Part shown: in pieces, positions 60,023 through 64,000 of the stretch
Position numbering within the stretch: position 1 is the stretch's first letter
Layout of the letters: every line of letters begins with the position of its first letter
Notes under the pieces: model-generated
What the model was told of the DNA's origin: nothing
What the model saw: only the letters and a program-made list of their open reading frames with translations
The model's database searches: none
Source: Yuukianura sp. NJ FZ-2021
Taxonomy: Eukaryota
Length of the DNA stretch: 64,000 nt
NCBI GenBank assembly: GCA_046563655.1
Contig: CM102286.1
Coordinates: forward strand, 1,984,001-2,048,000
Reading direction: 5' to 3'
Made by a program: the position numbers and the translations under genes

Positions 60023-60398
60023 CCCTTCCCTGGAAGAAACAAAATCTTATAACACTTTAGAGGTGCCGAATGAGTCCAAGAAAGACCGATCCCGATCATA
60101 TTATAAGCAAAGCATAAGCTATAACGTGTGCTTCTTACGGCAATAGACGACGATTGGTATACAGAAACTTGTATGTAGAGTTTCTGGAACGTTAAAAGCT
60201 AGTAACGTTAAGTTGTTAGACTGATCTCTTGCATTATGGAAGCCTACAAGGTCAAAGATTAATCGGGTGTAGTTGCTATTGGATAATTGATTAAGCATTA
60301 AATTTCAATTAGCTGATGAAATGGATGAAGTAAAGCACAACTTTCGATTGCAAACTTTATTCTTTTCAGCCAAAGAGAAATGCTAAGAAAATGGCTTC

Positions 60399-60428
60399 CA
60401 AAATGGCGGTTTGGTCTGGCGCATGCGC
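60399..60428. promoter_or_regulatory. Candidate bidirectional promoter motifs between PCBD and POLR1E: YY1/Pho-like AAAATGGCGG and NRF-1/Ewg-like GCGCATGCGC
   Basis: CAAAATGGCGG at 60399-60409 and palindrome GCGCATGCGC at 60419-60428, between two divergently oriented genes. Confidence 0.5.
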
Positions 60429-60828
60429 TGTTAAAAAACTATGAACAAAAAATAATCTTTTTTTTTTTACCAAATTATGCTTTGTAGGGTGACAGAGTTT
60501 GTCGTGTGGGGTGTCTTATAGATGGACACAAATATTAAAATGTTGGATTTGTTTTGTTTTTTCAATTTCAATCAAATTCCACGTGTTGCTGCGTTTTTAA
60601 CCAGCATGAAGTTGTAATTGATTAATTATCACTTCAGTCTACTAATTAGTGCACGTAAGACTTACCCGATACAGCTACCACGGTAAGTTATTTTGATGGT
60701 CATCGCAGCGCGAAAGCACCAATATGACAGGAACAGGCTGTTTAGATTTTCAAAATTATAAGTTGATATGACGTTGATATGTCGTTTGCGCCTGTGCAAT
60801 AAGCTAACTTTTTCAAAATATTGCAGGA

Positions 60829-62305
60829 ATGTCGACGAAGGTGAAAGTTCGGAAGGTCGTTGAGAACACGAATTGGGGTGAGCCAATTCTCGTAAATTTT
60901 GAACATGGTAAACTCAACAAGGCAGTGGACACCAGCACTCGGCTCGTCGGGGCAGTTTACGAATCGGGTACAAAGGCTCCAATCAGTATACCGCTAGGAA
61001 CACACGTTGCTCACATGCGAAAACGAGTAGCCGTTGTGCAAGGAGAGAATATGACATACGTTGGTGAATCTGATGGATTACTCAATTCAAACACCAATGG
61101 ACTCAAAACGTTTCTGGCAGTTCGACACAAGAACAAGCTGAAATTATACGAAGCCCACAGACTTACAGTTTCACCATGCCTAACCAACCGAGCTCATCTG
61201 GACGTTAAGGAGTCAAAAAAGGCCGAAGACGTGGAAGAAAAACGAAAAGCGGCAGCAGATTTAGTCAAAGCATTTGGGTCCAAACAGAAGCGACTGTCTT
61301 ATGAGCGTCAAGAAAAAAATGAAATTGACAGTGAACATATGAATGAGAGCATCAATGTTGCTTCAGAAAAAGCTGTAATGCCAACAAAGGTTGGCAGTAC
61401 TGAAGTCATTTCGGATTCGGACATAACTCCACCCTGCAATCGTGATACTAAGGATATTACTCAAGTCTATTCACTCGATGACATTTTAACACCAGAAGAT
61501 TTAGATAACATGGAAGACATGGCTCATGGCTGGCTCGATGCTGATGACACCCAAATCACGGCCTGGAAAATGTCTAAAACGTATGTAAAAATTCATTCTT
61601 ATTCTTAATCCTTAGAAGACTCTTCTAACCTGTTTGTGTTTTCTAGATTTTCCGACTACTTTTTTGCAATGCATCGTCGCCTATCTCCTAAAAAGTCCAA
61701 CTCTAGTGTTGTCCACACCGCAAAATTGGTCATTTACACTGAACTTCTAATCTGCTTAATGAAACTGAAGTATCACGAACTTCGAAAATCAATCATACCA
61801 TTTCCAAGCGAATTCCCAAGATGGCTGGTAGACAAGGCCTTGTCCATTTTCACAGTGATCAACGCTCACAAAATACGGTAAAATTAACTACTCAAATTCA
61901 AGATTAAGTGCAAAACTATAACCAACAATTATCTAATTAATGTAAAATATCTGTTTTCCACTTCTAGCACTCGTTCAGAAGCACTCAGGGACAAAACATG
62001 CTGCTACATTATGGTCCTGGTTTTAATGGCAAACGACTTTCTATTTGACGTACAATTGATGTCAACCACTCTCCAGATTCATATTAACAAGTATGTAAAA
62101 CAAAAGTAAAAAAAACTGTAAATCAAACAGTTTATGTTAAAAATTAAAAAAGTTGACATCCATTAGGTTGTTGACACTGACGAGGGTGGTTGGAATCACA
62201 ACTATTCTAAATCCAGCCACCAAGGAATACCGCGGTCTCTTAAAGTTTCCACTTACAAAACCAATTGAAAGGAGAGCAACGAAGAAGAAATCAGGTGGAA
62301 AATAA
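60829..62305 (+). CDS. POLR1E: RNA polymerase I subunit RPA49/PAF53 (A49-like), 4 coding exons
   Basis: PILVNFEHG, MTYVG, LVKAFGSKQKR, PPCNRD....VYSLDDIL, DKTCCYIMVLVLMANDF, LKFPL; TAA at 62303-62305. Confidence 0.85.
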
Positions 62306-62529
62306 TTATATTTTTGTACACCTAATTTAATACACCAGAAGTTAAATAAAACGTTGAATTTTTACAGCCAATGCTTAATAGAGTTTTAGTAAATTCCAGG
62401 TTCAAATTAAATTAAACAATTCCAGTTAAAAAGTTAGACTTCATATTAAACGTGTGATATTCTTAATTGACCATTATAGATACCGTCTTCGTCCCAGTTT
62501 CACTTTATAAATTAAAAAAAATTGACTTT

Positions 62530-64000
62530 TTAGTCACGATCACGCTCCCCACGTTGCATTCCCGGTGGGATTGAGTAGCGAGCCACGGTGAGACCTTGTT
62601 GCTGTTGCTGGGAATGCGGTGAGCTGGACAGTTGACCGCCGTGACTGTAGCTCAGTCGCTGCTGACTATTGCCAGCATAAATCACCTATAAACCAACGCC
62701 GAAAGTATAAAGTATTCAGACCTGACATCTGCCAAAGAAAAAAACGAACGAAGAACGTTTTTGTTAAAAATCTCACATCACCCCAACTGCATTGGAAATT
62801 GTTTGAACAATATAATAAAGTTTAAAATGTTTTGAATTAATTTAAGAAATGGCATTTTAAAAAACTGAAAAGTAAATTATAAACTTTTCTGCTTTTTAAA
62901 ATTCATCTTTAAATTCATTTTCAGTATTTTTAACTTTTTTTTAATTAATTAGCTTGTTATTGTTCAAAGAATTTCGAACAATGTTGGGGTGTTTTGAGAT
63001 TTTTCCAAAAAACGTTGGTTTTTCGCTGATCGCTCCGTAGAGAAAGACCAAGGGCTTTCAGATTAGGTTTATAGCAACAATATTTACCTGTGGCGACGGT
63101 GGTCGTCCTTGAAACGCAGTTGCGGTAGGTGTCGTCCGAATCGGATATCCCGAAGTGATACTTCCAGCTGAAGATCCCTGGAATGAAATCGGTCCTTGCA
63201 TACTAGAATCCTTTTTATTTCTGGCTTCGTAGCCTACTACTACCTGCTGCGACGGTTGAATGTTCAGTGATGGATGCAAGTTCATGTGACTTCCGCCAGT
63301 ACGAAGCAAAGTCATTTGTGTCGGGGGTGGATAGTACTTCGGACTGTCATCTTGCGTGAATTTGGAAATTGGAGAGCCATGCTTAAAAGTTAAGTTTTTA
63401 GGAGTTATACTGGCAGTACAATTCCTGATGTTTGTTTAAAACTTACCTCCATTGGATGCAAAACGTTAACATATCCTCTGGAGATTGATGGTGGGCCCAA
63501 GTATATTCCACCATGAGCCTGGATTTGCTTCGGTGGTTCATCACGACTTGTCTGATTACTGCCACTGCTGCTCCCACCAGTCGACGGGTAAGTAAACATT
63601 GACGGAGCTTGAGAATGGTGGTTCGGATATGCTGCTGAAATGAGCGATGATTGCCCCTGTTGTTGCGAAGAGGGCGATGAAGAGTAGTGTACGCCCATGG
63701 GGGGTTCTGCGAATTGAGTAATTATGTGGTTAATTCATGATTAATTGAACATGTCATTGGATGTTTCTTTGGTAAGTTCGAACTATGCGGATATGCATGG
63801 ACAGCATGTGGTGGAGGCTTGAATGGCCCGAATCTGTAATTGTGTGCTGGAGGAGAAGGGCTTCTGGACCTCTTTACTCCCTAACGGGAAAGCACATGTT
63901 TAGATACTGTGTAGATATTAGTAATTGGATTATAAATAATGAATTTTCTGAATTACTTGTGGAATCAACGTAGGTTGTCCATGTTGCTGCAAGTGCTGAG
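62530..64000 (-). CDS. 3' exons of an unidentified low-complexity S/Q/P/H-rich protein; gene runs off the window
   Basis: GT-AG-bounded coding exons at about 63447-63708, 63088-63357 and 62530-62685 (VIYAGNSQQRLSYSHGG...RGERDRD*); no recognisable domain. Confidence 0.55.

Noticed and set aside
1..64000. tRNA or rRNA genes
   Set aside because: None recognised by eye; the only tRNA-related sequence is the PBS. A tRNAscan-SE or Infernal run would be needed to exclude small ncRNAs.

Overview
Eukaryotic, AT-rich, intron-containing genomic DNA from an invertebrate, probably an arthropod (inferred from gene content and the many short GT-AG introns). No prokaryotic features are present. Left part: EEF1AKMT1, then an 18-exon glycoprotein-hormone receptor gene (Lgr1-like, 6696-32215). 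Its 11.6-kb sixth intron holds a nested stack of mobile DNA: an old TIR element, a Sola-type element (AATT TSD), a one-ended Tc1/mariner-like element with a 3-kb 45-bp satellite, and a young gag-only LTR retrotransposon (1.09-kb LTRs, AAGT TSD, tRNA-Pro-like PBS, PPT, no pol). Right part is gene-dense: RAB3GAP2(-), EIF3K(+), a small acylphosphatase-like gene missed by the ORF track whose catalytic Arg is replaced by Thr(-), fuseless-like(-), TBP(+), ERLEC1(-), a KNL1/Spc105-like gene (SILK, RVSF and MELT-like motifs) ending in Pro-rich repeats with no obvious RWD tail(+), MDH1(+), PCBD(-), POLR1E(+) and the 3' end of an unidentified gene(-). Several MITEs and perfect palindromes are interspersed. 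Gene identities come from my recognition of motifs; no database searches were run.
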